DNA from: Chiloscyllium plagiosum
Lineage: Eukaryota
Direction: 5' to 3'
Length of the DNA: 64,000 bases
NCBI RefSeq assembly: GCF_004010195.1
Contig: NC_057750.1
Coordinates: 9,176,457 to 9,240,456, forward strand
In this document: positions 22,891 to 35,065 of the stretch, piece after piece
How the letters are laid out: each line of letters begins with the position of its first letter
Numbering within the stretch: position 1 is the stretch's first letter
Position numbers and translations under genes: made by a program
The notes under the pieces: generated by a model
Databases searched by the model: none
What the model saw: only the letters and a program-made list of their open reading frames with translations
Told to the model about the DNA's origin: nothing

Positions 22891-23429
22891 GGTCATCTGA
22901 AGATTTGTTTTAGTTGCAGCATGCGATGTGGTGGGCAGTAATATGGACTGGATTTTGATTCAGCTGGACATCCAAGTTCCAGTAAAACCTGGAAGAAACA
23001 TCCAGTCACAGTTTTAGGAGGGACTCGTGCGGACAGTCGGCAGCGGAAGGAGCTGAATAATCAAACAGCTTGCAGCAGGTAAACTGGTGGGAAATGATCA
23101 ACAAGGAGGAAGCGACAGTCAATGGGAAAAGCCCTTCAGACCCGGTAAGGGAAGCGCAGAAACAAACAGGTGCTGGAAGCTACATGGAGCTGCATGGCAA
23201 CAGAAACTCCATGAGGAAAACGGAAACCCCTCATGGGCGATGGGCAAACGAAAGGCAGGGTTAGAGGCTGGAAAGGCAACATGTGTTTCAGCACAGGGCA
23301 AGGGGTGCCACCAGGGGTAAGGGGCAAGGGGTGCCACCAGAGGCAAGGGGCAAGGGGTGTCACCAGAACAGGCAGATACTGCAAGGTACAGGACCACAGA
23401 TAATTTACGCCAGGAAGGTAGTATGGGAT

Positions 23430-24612
23430 CGGGGTTAGAGTTAGGGTTAGGATCAGGGTTAGGATCAGGGTTAAGATCGGGGTTAGGGTTAGAGTTAGAG
23501 TTAGTGTTAGAGTTAGAGTTAGGGTGAGGGGTAGGGTTACTGATGGTAGCTGTGGGATAGGGTTAGTGTCAAATTTAGGATCAGGATTAGGGTTAGAGTT
23601 AGGATTAGGGTTAGGGTTAGAATCAGGGTTAGGGTTAGAGTTAGGGTTATTGTTAGTGTTAGGGTTAGAGTTAGGATTAGGGTTAGGGTTAGAATCAGGG
23701 TTAGGGTTAGAGTTAGGGTTATTGTTAGTGTTAGGGTTAGAGTTAGGATTAGGGTTAGGGTTAGAATCAGGGTTAGGGTTAGAGTTAGGGTTATTGTTAG
23801 TGTTAGGGTTAGAGTTAGGATTAGGGTTAGGGTTAGAATCAGGGTTAGGGTTAGAGTTAGGGTTATTGTTAGTGTTAGGGTTAGAGTTAGGATTAGGGTT
23901 AGGGTTAGAATCAGGGTTAGGGTTAGAGTTAGGGTTATTGTTAGTGTTAGGGTTAGAGTTAGGATTAGGGTTAGGGTTAGAATCAGGGTTAGGGTTAGAG
24001 TTAGGGTTATTGTTAGTGTTAGGGTTAGAGTTAGGATTAGGGTTAGGGTTAGAATCAGGGTTAGGGTTAGAGTTAGGGTTATTGTTAGTGTTAGGGTTAG
24101 AGTTAGGATTAGGGTTAGCGTTAGCGTTAAGGGTAGTGTTTGGGTTAGGGTTAGGATCAGGTTAGTGTTAGATCTAGTATTCGGGTCAGGTTTAGGGTTA
24201 GGTTTAGGATTACAGTTAAGGTTAGGGTTAGCCTGGGTTAGGGTTAGGGTTAGGGTTAGCCTGGGTTAGGGTTAGGGTTAGGGTTAGCCTGGGTTAGGGT
24301 TAGGGTTAGGGTTAGCCTGGGTTAGGGTTAGGGTTAGGGTTAGCCTGGGTTAGGGTTAGGGTTAGGGTTAGCCTGGGTTAGGGTTAGGGTTAGGGTTAGC
24401 CTGGGTTAGGGTTAGGGTTAGGGTTAGCCTGGGTTAGGGTTAGGGTTAGGGTTAGCCTGGGTTAGGGTTAGGGTTAGGGTTAGCCTGGGTTAGGGTTAGG
24501 GTTAGGGTTAGCCTGGGTGGGTTAGGGTTAGGGTTAGGGTTAGGGTTAGGGTTAGGGTTAGGGTTAGGGTTAGGGTTAGGGTTAGGGTTAGGTTTAGGGT
24601 TAGGTTTAAGGT
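23430..24612 (+). repeat. Interstitial telomeric sequence: degenerate TTAGGG, 7 x 72-bp HOR (23587-24090), 10 x 28-bp HOR (24228-24507), pure (TTAGGG)n ~24522-24590
   Basis: Directly read hexamer composition and periods. Confidence 0.97.
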
Positions 24613-24699
24613 TCGACTGTGTCATTATGCATGATCCATTAATGACTTGCGTTGTACCATTCAAGAAGAATCACCACATAGTGAAGTCTTCAAAGAATC

Positions 24700-24850
24700 A
24701 TTTGCATTCATGTAGCACCTTTCACAAGCTCAAGACATCCCGAAGCTCTTTGCAGCTGATGAAATACTTTTGCTGTGTCATCACTGTGACATTGTTGAGA
24801 AACCCCATGGCCAATCTACACACTGCCAGCTCCCACAAACGACAGTGTGG
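24700..24850 (-). mobile_element. SacSINE1/DeuSINE-like 3' fragment
   Basis: ttgcattcatgtagcacctttcacaagctcaagacatccc...ctcccacaaac is the reverse complement of the same tail as 11840-11985. Confidence 0.55.
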
Positions 24851-24852
24851 TC

Positions 24853-25188
24853 TTACTGCTGGTGGCTGTGGGATAGGGTTAGGGTTAGTATCAGGGTCAG
24901 GATTAGGGCTGCTGCTGGTGGCTGTGGGATAGGGTAAGGGTTAGTATCAGGGTCATGATTAGGGCTGCTGCTGGTGGCTGTGGGATAGGGTTAGGGTTAG
25001 TATCAGGGTCAGGATTAGGGTTACTGCTGGTGGCTGCGATAGGGTTGGTGTCAGGGTAAGGACAAGGTTAGTGTCAGGGTCAGGGTCAGGGTTTGGGTTA
25101 GAGCTACTGCTGGTGGCTGTGGGTTAGGATTAGTGTCAGGGTATGGACAGGGTTGGGTTAGGTTCAGGGTCAGGGTCAGGGTTAAGGT
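24853..25188 (+). repeat. Telomere-like minisatellite (CTGCTGGTGGCTGTGGGATAGGGTTAGGGTTAGTATCAGGGTCAGGATTAGGG, ~55-57 bp)
   Basis: About 5 degenerate tandem units. Confidence 0.85.
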
Positions 25189-25419
25189 ACATACATGTGG
25201 AAAGCTCCCCAGATCGTCTTTGATATCACACCCATTGACTTGATCAAATTTTCCATCAAGAGGGTAAATGGGACTACTGCAATATCTTATCGAATAGACA
25301 AAATTAAATGCATTGACATGGCACTTTTAATGTAGGAACACATTCCCAGGTGATTCCTGTGAGTGGAATTATTATCAACGGAGCAGAGGAGATATGAGGA
25401 TTTGGCTCTTCCTTTGAAG

Positions 25420-25550
25420 TTCCGAAGAAGGGTCACTGGACGTGCAACGTTAACTGTTTCTCTCTCCACAGATGCTGCAAGACCTGCTGAGTTTCTCCAG
25501 CAATTGCTGTTTGTGTCTCAGATTTCCAGCACCCCCATGTTTCCTGCTTT
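25420..25550 (+). mobile_element. Penelope-type pLTR fragment (degenerate hammerhead)
   Basis: ccgaagaagggtcactggac..caacgttaactg...cagatgctgcaagacctgctgagtttctccagc, same family as 11318 and 20189. Confidence 0.6.
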
Positions 25551-26317
25551 TACTTGGCATCGATATGGACTGCACTTAGAGTTCCTCACGACCCATTCCT
25601 GTCTCTGTAATCTAACACAGGTGAAGTTTATATAAAACACTGCTGTTCTGAGCAGCAGAAGGTCATTAGTGAAGGTAAAGAATCCTGCCTATTTTCTGCT
25701 GTAATGATCTTAGTGTTTAATTGATTTGGACTCCATCCTTTTCCCCCACTTATTACAGTGTCACTGAGAGCGATGGCGCAGTCGAAAGTGCAATTGCGAC
25801 CCCCAGTGGCCGTGAGGCTGTTGGTGCAGCTGCAAGACAGTGTTGAAAATGTTCAGCTAATAAAATCTTACCTTGATTATTTTTGACAGGGTAAGTGGCA
25901 TTAGACAGCAAGAATTAGCAGTGAGGGAAGGTTGGACAGGCTGGATATGTATCTGCTGAAGATCAGAAGAACGAAAGTTGAAACACAGGGGACTTATGAA
26001 TTCTGATCGTGTGTGCCCCTTTATGGGAGAGACTGGAACTTGGGGATGTGGTTTAACAATAAAAGGAGTCTCTCGTTTTTTGATGGCAATTTGAAGAACT
26101 TTTTTTTTCCCCTCTCAGAGGGTCATATATACAGCAGAAGAGGCCCTTTGACCCATCAAGTCTCTGCTAATCCATCTACACTTACCGTAACTTCCAACAC
26201 TTGGTCCATTAATGTCATGACAAAGATGTTCAAGTGCTCTTTCCCCAGAACGCAGGGGGTCGAGGCAGGATTATCGAATATTTTTAAGGCAAACCTAGCT
26301 AGGTTGTTCACTAACAA

Positions 26318-26973
26318 GTTTTATGGACTGGGCCAGACCGCTCAAAACATTCTTAAGCAGGCAGTGCAGACTGTAACTTTGCAATTTGTTTCGGTAAGTG
26401 TACAGTGGAAATTACCTGGAGTACGTTAGCTAGGTTGACTACCAGGTTTTAAAACAGACAAAAATGTATTCACAAAATTACAGAATGAAACACAAAAGAA
26501 CAGAATATAGAATACCCACAGAACCCAGACTATTCAAACAAGACTGAATTATGCTGTTCTGAAAATACACAACAGCCCCAATAAATAAATCCCTTAAATA
26601 TGCAGTAAAACTGAAACAGATGCTGACAGGTCGAAGTTAGAAGGGCAGGAGGAGAGAGAGAAAGAAAGGTTTCTAACCTTATTCCATACAGTCTCCGCTG
26701 TTGAGCAGAATGAAGCAGGACTTCAGCTTTTAGGACTGACCACTCCCCTTTCATTATCCTGGTTATTACTAAAACATAAAAGTCTTGGCATAAAGCCTCA
26801 TCTGGTTACGTGGAAACAAAATGGCCTCTCAGTAAACCCTTTCACCTCGGTGCCACTTCAGACGATTCGGAGCCCGGACTGTTTTACAACGACCCCTCTG
26901 AAAACAAAACAAGGACACAGTATCCTTGAGAAAAGGAACAGCTTCTGGGAAAAAAGGGACCAGCTTTGTGACA
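26318..26973. mobile_element. Possible solo LTR
   Basis: ~650-bp block ending in TGTGACA with LTR-like composition; the 5' TG is imperfect and no TSD was confirmed. Confidence 0.35.
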
Positions 26974-27011
26974 CAAGGGGGGTGAGGCAGAGATTGATGA
27001 TGTTCGAGACC

Positions 27012-29296
27012 CAGAGTCATAGAGTCATACAGCACAGGAACAGACCCTTCTGTCCAACCAGTCCACAATCCCAAACTAAACTAGCCCCACCAGCCTGCTC
27101 CTGGCCCACATGCCTCCAAAACTTTCCCCTGCATGTACTTATCCAAATGTCTTTTGAACTGAACCCACATTCACCACTTCCTCACGAAGTTCATTCCACA
27201 CACGAACCACTCTCAGTGCAAAAGAGTTGGAGATGCCGGTGTTAGACTGGGGTGGACAGGGGGTTAACTCTGTGTAAAAGAATTGGAGATGCTGGTGTTT
27301 GACTGGGGTGGACAGGGGGTTAACTCTGTGTAAAAGAATTGGAGATGCTGGTGTTTGACTGGGGTGGACAGGGGGTTAACTCTGTGTAAAAGAATTGGAG
27401 ATGCTGGTGTTTGACTGGGGTGGACAGGGGGTTAACTCTGTGTAAAAGAATTGGAGATGCTGGTGTTTGACTGGGGTGGACAGGGGGTTAACTCTGTGTA
27501 AAAGAATTGGAGATGCTGGTGTTTGACTGGGGTGGACAGGGGGTTAACTCTGTGTAAAAGAATTGGAGATGCTGGTGTTTGACTGGGGTGGACAGGGGGT
27601 TAACTCTGTGTAAAAGAATTGGAGATGCTGGTGTTTGACTGGGGTGGACAGGGGGTTAACTCTGTGTAAAAGAATTGGAAATGCTGGTGTTTGACTGGGG
27701 TGGACAGGGGGTTAACTCTGTGTAAAAGAGTTGGAGATGCCGGTGTTAGACTGGGGTGGACGAGGGGTTAACTCTGTGTAAAAGAGTTGGTGATGCTGGT
27801 GTTAGACTGGGGTGGACGAGGGGTTAACTCTGTGTAAAAGAGTTGGTGATGCTGGTGTTAGACTGGGGTGGACGAGGGGTTAACTCTGTGTAAAAGAGTT
27901 GGTGATGCTGGTGTTAGACTGGGGTGGACGAGGGGTTAACTCTGTGTAAAAGAGTTGGTGATGCTGGTGTTAGACTGGGGTGGACGAGGGGTTAACTCTG
28001 TGTAAAAGAGTTGGTGATGCTGGTGTTAGACTGGGGTGGACGAGGGGTTAACTCTGTGTAAAAGAGTTGGTGATGCTGGTGTTAGACTGGGGTGGACGAG
28101 GGGTTAACTCTGTGTAAAAGAGTTGGTGATGCTGGTGTTAGACTGGGGTGGACGAGGGGTTAACTCTGTGTAATAGAGTTGGAGATGCTAGTGTTAGACT
28201 GGGGTGGACGGGGGGTTAACTCTGTGTAATAGAGTTGGAGATGCTAGTGTTAGACTGGGGTGGACGGGGGGTTAACTCTGTGTAAAAGAGTTGGTGATGC
28301 TGGTGTTAGACTGGGGTGGACGGGGGGTTAACTCTGTGTAAAAGAGTTGGTGATGCTGGTGTTAGACTGGGGTGGACGGGGGGTTAACTCTGTGTAAAAG
28401 AGTTGGAGATGCCGGTGTTAGACTGGGGTGGACGAGGGGTTAACTCTGTGTAAAAGAGTTGGAGATGCTGGTGTTAGACTGGGGTGGACGAGGGGTTAAC
28501 TCTGTGTAAAAGAGTTGGAGATGCCGGTGTTAGACTGGGGTGGACGGGGGGTTAACTCTGTGTAAAAGAGTTTGAGATGCCGGTGTTAGACTGGGGTGGA
28601 CGAGGGGTTAACTCTGTGTAAAAGAGTTGGTGATGCCGGTGTTAGACTGGGGTGGACGGGGGGTTAACTCTGTGCAAAAGAGTTGGCCTTGATGACTTTT
28701 TAAAATCTTTCTCCTCTGACCTTAGAACATTTGCCCGCTAGTTTTGAACTCCCCGACCCCAGGGAAAAGACCTTTGTCTATTCACCTCATCTCCATGAGT
28801 TTACAATCCTCTATAAGCTCACCTCTCAACCTCCTCTCCTCCTGTGAAAAAAACTCCTTGCCTTCCAGTCTCAAACCGTCCATGCTCGCCAGCACCCTGG
28901 TAAATCTATTCTGAACCCTGTCCGGTTTAATAATCTCCATGCTGTAACAGGGAGACCAGACCTGGACACAGTTCTCCAGAAGAGACCTCACCAATGTCCT
29001 GTACAACCTCAGCATGACGTCCCAACTCCAATACTCGAAGATCTGAGCAATGAGAGCAAACGTGCTCAAGGCCTTCTTAACCGCCCCGTCTACATGTGAT
29101 GTAAATTTCAAAGAATGATGTACTGAAACCCCTAGGCCTCTCTGTTCTACAACATTACCCAAGGCACTACCATTAATTGTTTAAGCTCTGCCCTTGTTTA
29201 TTTGACCAAAATGCAATACCTCACATTTATCCAAATTAAACGCCATCTGCCGCTCCTCAGCCCACTGACCCAAGCGATCTGGATCTCTTTGTAATC
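27012..29296 (-). mobile_element. CR1/HER1-like LINE fragment split by a 56-bp tandem array
   Basis: 3' terminus at 27012; ORF 28782-29162 LRLYRTLVRSLLENCVQVWSP...RVQNRFTR...RRLRGELIE. Confidence 0.9.
27213..28686. repeat. 56-bp minisatellite (GAGTTGGAGATGCTGGTGTTAGACTGGGGTGGACAGGGGGTTAACTCTGTGTAAAA), ~26 copies
   Basis: gactgg at 27245, 27301, 27357; blocks of identical variants. Confidence 0.97.
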
Positions 29297-29714
29297 ACTG
29301 TGCGTTATACCAGAGATCCAGATGCTGTTCTGGGGAGCAATGATCGGGGCAGGAACTGCAACCTTGCGTACCAGGCTCTGAGATCGCCCAAAGTGCCAAC
29401 TTCCCTTCCTGTTCCCTGTGCTGAGGGCACATTGACAGATCCAGCAGTGTGGTTACTATCCTCCGGTCCCCATGCCCCAGTGCTCTTTTGTAGGACCCAG
29501 TTTGGAGTCTCTGGAATCTTTCACGTTGGCATTGCCAATTCTGTCAGTCGGCAGTGTCTACACCGATACCTTCCTTCAGGAACAAGGAGTGTGTGAGGGG
29601 GAGGTTATTGCTGACTGTGCATCAGGAAACTGCAGAACTTTCTCTTGTATTGCCCTCCTGAAACGACACGCACTGGCCCCACTCACCGAGAATGGAACTC
29701 CTGCATCAGAGCTT

Positions 29715-32700
29715 TTAGAATTGGTCTTTATTGTCACCTACAGGGAAGAATTTACACATCGCCACTTACAGAAGCATCTTAGGTACAAAGGTACCCAGCT
29801 ACAGCTTTATTAGTGACAAGGTCTTAGAAAATAAAATGTTCCAGTGTTTTAGAAATAAAAGTTCAAAAACCACGTTTTCCAACGCAGACCTAGCCTCCAG
29901 TCCACACTAGGCCCAGCCTCCAGTCCACAATAGGTCCTGCCTCCTATCCACACTGGGGCCTGCCTCATATCCACACTGGGGCCTGCCTCATATCCACACT
30001 GGGGCCTGCCTCATATCCACACTGGGCCCTGCCTTCTATCCACACTAGGCCCTGCCTCCTATCCACACTGGGCCCTGCCTCCTATCCACACAGGGCCCTG
30101 CCTCCTATCCAAACAGGGCCCTGCTACCTATCCACACCGGGCCCTGCCTCCATCCACACCGGGCCCTTCCTCCTATTCACACTGGACCCTGCCTCCAATC
30201 CACACAGTGCCCTGCCTCCTATCCACACAGGGCCCTGCCTCCTATCCAAATTGGGCCCTGCCTCCTATCCACACCGGGCCCTGCCTCCAGTCCACACCGG
30301 GCCCTGCCACCTATCCACACCGGGCCCTGCCTCCATCCACACCGGGCCCTTCCTCCTATTCACACTGGACCCTACCTCCCATCCACACCGGGCCCTGCCT
30401 CCTATCCACACAGGGCCTTGCCTCCAGTCCACACAGGGCCCTGCCTCCAGTCCACACCGGGCCCTGCCTCCTAGCCACACCGGGCCCTGCCTCCAGTCCA
30501 CACCGGGCCCTGCCACCTATCCACACTGGGCCCTGCCTCCATTCACACAGGGCCCTGCCTCCCATCCACACAGGGCCCTGCCTCCCATCCACACAGGGCC
30601 CTGCCTCCTATCCACACTGGGCCCTGCCACACATCCACACAGGGCCCTGACTCCCATCCACACTGGGCCCTGCCTCCAGTCCACACCGGGCCCTGCCTCC
30701 TATCCACACCGGGCCCTGCCTCCCATCCACACCGGGCCCTGCCTCCTATCCACACCGGGCCCTGCCTCCATCCACACCGGGCCATGCCTGCAGTCCACAC
30801 TAGGCCCTGCCTCCCATCCACACAGGGCCCTGCCTTCCATCCACACTGAGCCCTGCGTCGTATCCACATGGGGCCCTGCCTCCTATCCACACAGGGCCCT
30901 GCCTCCCATCCACACCGCGCCCTGCCTCCATCTACACAGGGCCCTGCCTCCTATCCACACTGGGCCCTGCCTCCAGTCCACACCGGCCCTGCCTCCAGTC
31001 CACACCGGGCCCTGCCTCCATCCACACTGGGCCTTGCCTGCAGTCCACACTAGGCCCTGCCTCCCATCCACACAGGGCCCTGCCTCCCATCCACACTGAG
31101 CGCTGCGTCGTATCCACACCGGGCCCTGCCTCCCATCCACACTGAGCCCTGCGTCGTATCCACACGGGGCCCTGTCTCCTATCCACACAGGGCCCTGGAT
31201 CCCATCCACACTGCGCCCTGCCACCCATCCACACTGGGCCCTGCCTCCAGTCCACACTGGGCCCTGCCTCCTATCCACACCGGGCCCTGCCACCTATCCA
31301 CACTGGGCCCTGCCTCCATCCACACTAGGCCCTGCCTCCCATCCACACCGGGCCCTGCCTCCCATCCACACCGGGCCCTGCCTCCTATCCACACTAGGCC
31401 CTGCCACCCATCCACACAGGGACTGCCTCCTATCCACACTGGGCCCTGACTCCTTTCCACACCGGGCCATGCCTCCTATCCACACCACGCCCTGCCTCCA
31501 TCTACACAGGGCCCTCCCTCCTATCCACACTGGGCCCTGCCTCCCATCCACACAGGGCCCTGCCTCCTACCCACATCGGGCCCTGCCTCCTATCCACATA
31601 GGAACCTGCCTCCATCCACACTAGGCCCTGCCTCCCATTCACACCGGGCCCCTGGCTCCCATCCACACCGGGCCCTGCCACCCATCCACACAGGGCCATG
31701 CCTCCATCCACACAGGGCCCTGCCTCCATCCACACCGGGCCCTGCCTCCTATCCACATAGGGCTCTGCCTCGCATCCACACTGGGCCCTGCCTCCATCCA
31801 CACCGGGCCCTGCCTCCGATCCACACAGGGACTGCCTCCTATCTACACCGGGCCCTGCCTCCTTTCCACACCGGGCCATGCCTCCCATCCACACCAGGCC
31901 TGCCTTCTATCCACACCGGGCCCTGCCTCCTATCCACACCGGGCCCTGCCTCCCATCCACACCGGGCCCTGCCTCCTATCCACACCGGGCCCTGCCTCCA
32001 TCCACACCGGGCCTTGCCTGTAGTCCACACTAGGCCCTGCCTCCCATCCACACAGGGCCCTGCCTCCCATCCACACTGAGCCCTGCGTCGTATCCACACG
32101 GGGCCCTGCCTCCTATCCACACAGGGCCCTGCCTCCCATCCACACGGCGCCATGCCTCCATCCACACCGGGCCTTGCCTGTAGTCCACATTAGGCCCTGC
32201 CTCCCACCCACACAGGGCCCTGCCTCCCATCCACACTGAACCCTGCGTCGTATCCACACGGGGCCCTGCCTCCTATCCACACCGGGCCCTGCCTCCTATC
32301 CACATAGGACCCTGCGTCCATCCACACTAGGCCCTGCCTCCCATTCACACCAGGCCCCTGTCTCCTATCCACACCGGGGCCGTGCCTCCCCTCCACACCG
32401 TGCCCTGCCACCCATCCACACAGGGCCCTGCCCCCATCCACACTGGGCCCTGCCTCCGATCCACACAGGGCCCTGCCTCCTATCCACACCGGGCCCTGCC
32501 TCCTATCCACACTGGGCCGTGCCTCCTTTCCACACCGGGCCATGCCTCCTATCCACACCGGGTCTGCCTTCTATCCACACCGGGCCCTGCCTCTTATCCA
32601 CACCGGGCCCTGCCTCCAGTCCACACAGGGCCCTGCCTCCATCCACAGGAGGCCCTCCCACGCATCCACACCGGGCCCTGCCTCCCATCCACACCAGGCC

Positions 32701-34810
32701 TTGCCTCCCATCCACACCGGGCCCTGCCTCCGATCCACACAGGGACTGCCCCCTATCCACACCGGGCCCTGCCTCCCATCCACACCGGGCCCTGCCTCCA
32801 ATCCACCCCGGGCCCTGCCTCCTATCCGCACCATGCCCTTCCTCCATCCACACCGGGCCTTGCCTGCAGTCCACACTAGGCCCTGCCTCCCATCCACACA
32901 GGGCCCTGCCTCCCATCCACACCGAGCCCTGCGTCGTATCCACACGGGGCCCTGCCTCCTATCCACACCGGGCCCTGCCTCCTATCCACATAGGGCCCTG
33001 CCTCCAGTCCACACTAGGCCCCGCCTCCCATTCATACCAGGCCGCTGCCTCCTATCCACACCAGGGCCATGCCTCCCATCCACTCCGGACCCTGCCTCCC
33101 ATCCACACAGGGCCCTGCCTCCATCTACACAGGGCCCTGCCTCCATCCACACTGGGCCCTGCCTCCATCCACACCGGGCCCTGCCTCCAATCCACACAGG
33201 GCCCTGCCTCCAATCCACACAGGGCCCTGCCTCCCATCCACATTGGGCCTGCCTCCATCCACACCGGGCCCTGCCTCCGATCCACACAGGGCACTGCCTC
33301 CTATCCACACCGGGCCCTGCCTCCTATCCACACTGGGCCATGCCTCCTATCCACACCAGGCCTGCCTCCTATCCACACAGGGCCCTGCCTCCCATCCACA
33401 CTGGGCCCTGCCTCCCATCCACACAGGGCCCTGCCTCCATCCACACCGGGCCCTGCCTCCGATCCACACAGGGCCCTGCCTCCGATCCACACAGGGCCCT
33501 GCCTCCTATCCACATAGGGCCCTTCCTCCTATCCACACTGGGCCATGCCTCCTATCCACACCAGGCCTGCCTCCTATCCACACAGGGCCCTGCCTCCATC
33601 CACACCGGGCCCTGCCTCCGATCCACACTGGGCCCTGCCTCCATCCACACAGGGCCCTGCCTCCGATCCACACAGGGCCCTGCTCCTATCCACACAGGGC
33701 CCTGCCTCCTATCCACACTGGGCCATGCCTCCTATCCACACCGGGCCATGCCTCCTATCCACACCAGGCCTGCCTCCTATCCACACAGGGCCCTGCCTCC
33801 CATCCACACTGGGCCCTGCCTCCCATCCACACAGGGCCCTGCCTCCATCCACACCGGGCCCTGCCTCCGATCCACACAGGGCCCTGCCTCCGATCCACAC
33901 CGGGCCATGCCTCCTATCCACACCAGGCATGCCTCCTATCCACACCAGGTCCTGCCTCCAATCCAAACCAGCCCTGGCTCCAGTCCACACAAGGCCCTGG
34001 ATCCACACAACAGGTCCTGCCTTCAGTCCACACCAGGGCGTGCCTCCAGTCTACACCAGGCCCTGGATCCAGTCCACACATTGGGGCCTGCCTCCAGTCC
34101 ACACCAGGCCCTGAAACCAGTCCACACCTGGCCCTGAATCCTGTCCACACACCAGACCCTGCCTCCAGTCCACACACCAGGCCCTGCCTCAAATCCACAC
34201 ACCAGGCCCTGAAACCAGTCCACACCAGGCCCTGAAACCAGTCCACACCTGGCCCTGAATCCAGTCCACACTTGGCCCTGCCTCCAGTCCACACACCAGG
34301 CCCAGAAACCAGTCCACACTTGGCCCTGCCTCCAGTCCACAACTGGCCCCAATACCAGTCCACACCTGGCCCTGAATCCAGTCCACACTTGGCCCTGCCT
34401 CCAGTCCACACACCAGGCCCTGGCTCCAGTCCACACCAGGCCCTGAATCCAGTCCACACACCAGGCCCTGCGTCCAGACAGAGCCAGGCTCTGAAACCAG
34501 TCCACACCTGGCCCTGAATCCAGTCCACACACCAGGCTCTGGCTCCAGTCCACGCCAGGCTCTGAAACCAGTCCACACCTGGCCCTGAATCCAGTCCACA
34601 CACCAGGCCCTGCGTCCAGACAGAGCCAGGCTTCACCTTGGGGATCATGAGGCTGGGAGAGCCCTTCAGACCATCATGTGGGGACGTGTGGGTGCCACGC
34701 CAGGAGGCTGTACTGAAAGGCCGCTGCGCCACGGTGGGAGGCCCGTATGAGAGGCCTCCACTCATCGCAGGCCGGGAGAGAAGAAGAATTTAAAAAAACA
34801 CTAGGAGGAA
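29715..34810 (-). mobile_element. Putative non-autonomous retroposon hosting the large GC-rich VNTR
   Basis: 3' motif TTTATTGTCAC at 29727-29737 precedes the array; a GC-rich segment and a purine run (34630-34810) follow it, the same layout as 10468-11235. Confidence 0.5.
29890..34630. repeat. ~4.7-kb GC-rich minisatellite, 21-24-bp unit CCACAC(A/C/T)GGGCCCTGCCTCC(TAT/CAT/AGT), ~200 copies
   Basis: Direct reading; the unit drifts to CCAGTCCACACCAGGCCCTGAA after ~34000. Confidence 0.97.
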
Positions 34811-34827
34811 GATTGGACACCAAAGTG

Positions 34828-35065
34828 CATCCCACTCCCAACCCTACATTTCCCATGGCTAACCCACCTAGCCTGCACATCATAGGGCAGCTTAGCATGG
34901 GCCAATCCACCCTAACCTGCACATTTTTGGACTGTGGAAGGAAACCCACACAGACATAGGGAGAATGTGCAAACTCCACACAGACAGTTGCCCGAGGGTG
35001 GGATCAAACCCAGGTCCCTGGTACCGTGAGGCAGCAGTGCTAACCACTGAGCCACCTTGCCACCC
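34828..35065 (-). mobile_element. HE1-like SINE
   Basis: aactccacacagacagttgcccgagg...gcagcagtgctaaccactgagccacc. Confidence 0.9.

Noticed and set aside
23524..24165. 213-aa Gly-Leu repeat ORF
   Set aside because: Translation of telomeric repeats with a GTG start; the nearby ATG (23543) is out of frame and closes at once. No evidence of expression.
23430..24612. Telomere-telomere fusion site
   Set aside because: All repeats are in one orientation; there is no inverted (CCCTAA)n half.
27213..28686. CRISPR-like regular repeat arrays (also 22105-22890 and 5275-6890)
   Set aside because: There are no unique spacers or cas genes and the context is vertebrate; these are plain tandem repeats.
30207..34765. 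Long Pro/His/Thr-rich ORFs up to 531 aa
   Set aside because: They are translations of the 21-24-bp minisatellite, open in many frames on both strands, with no splice or start context.
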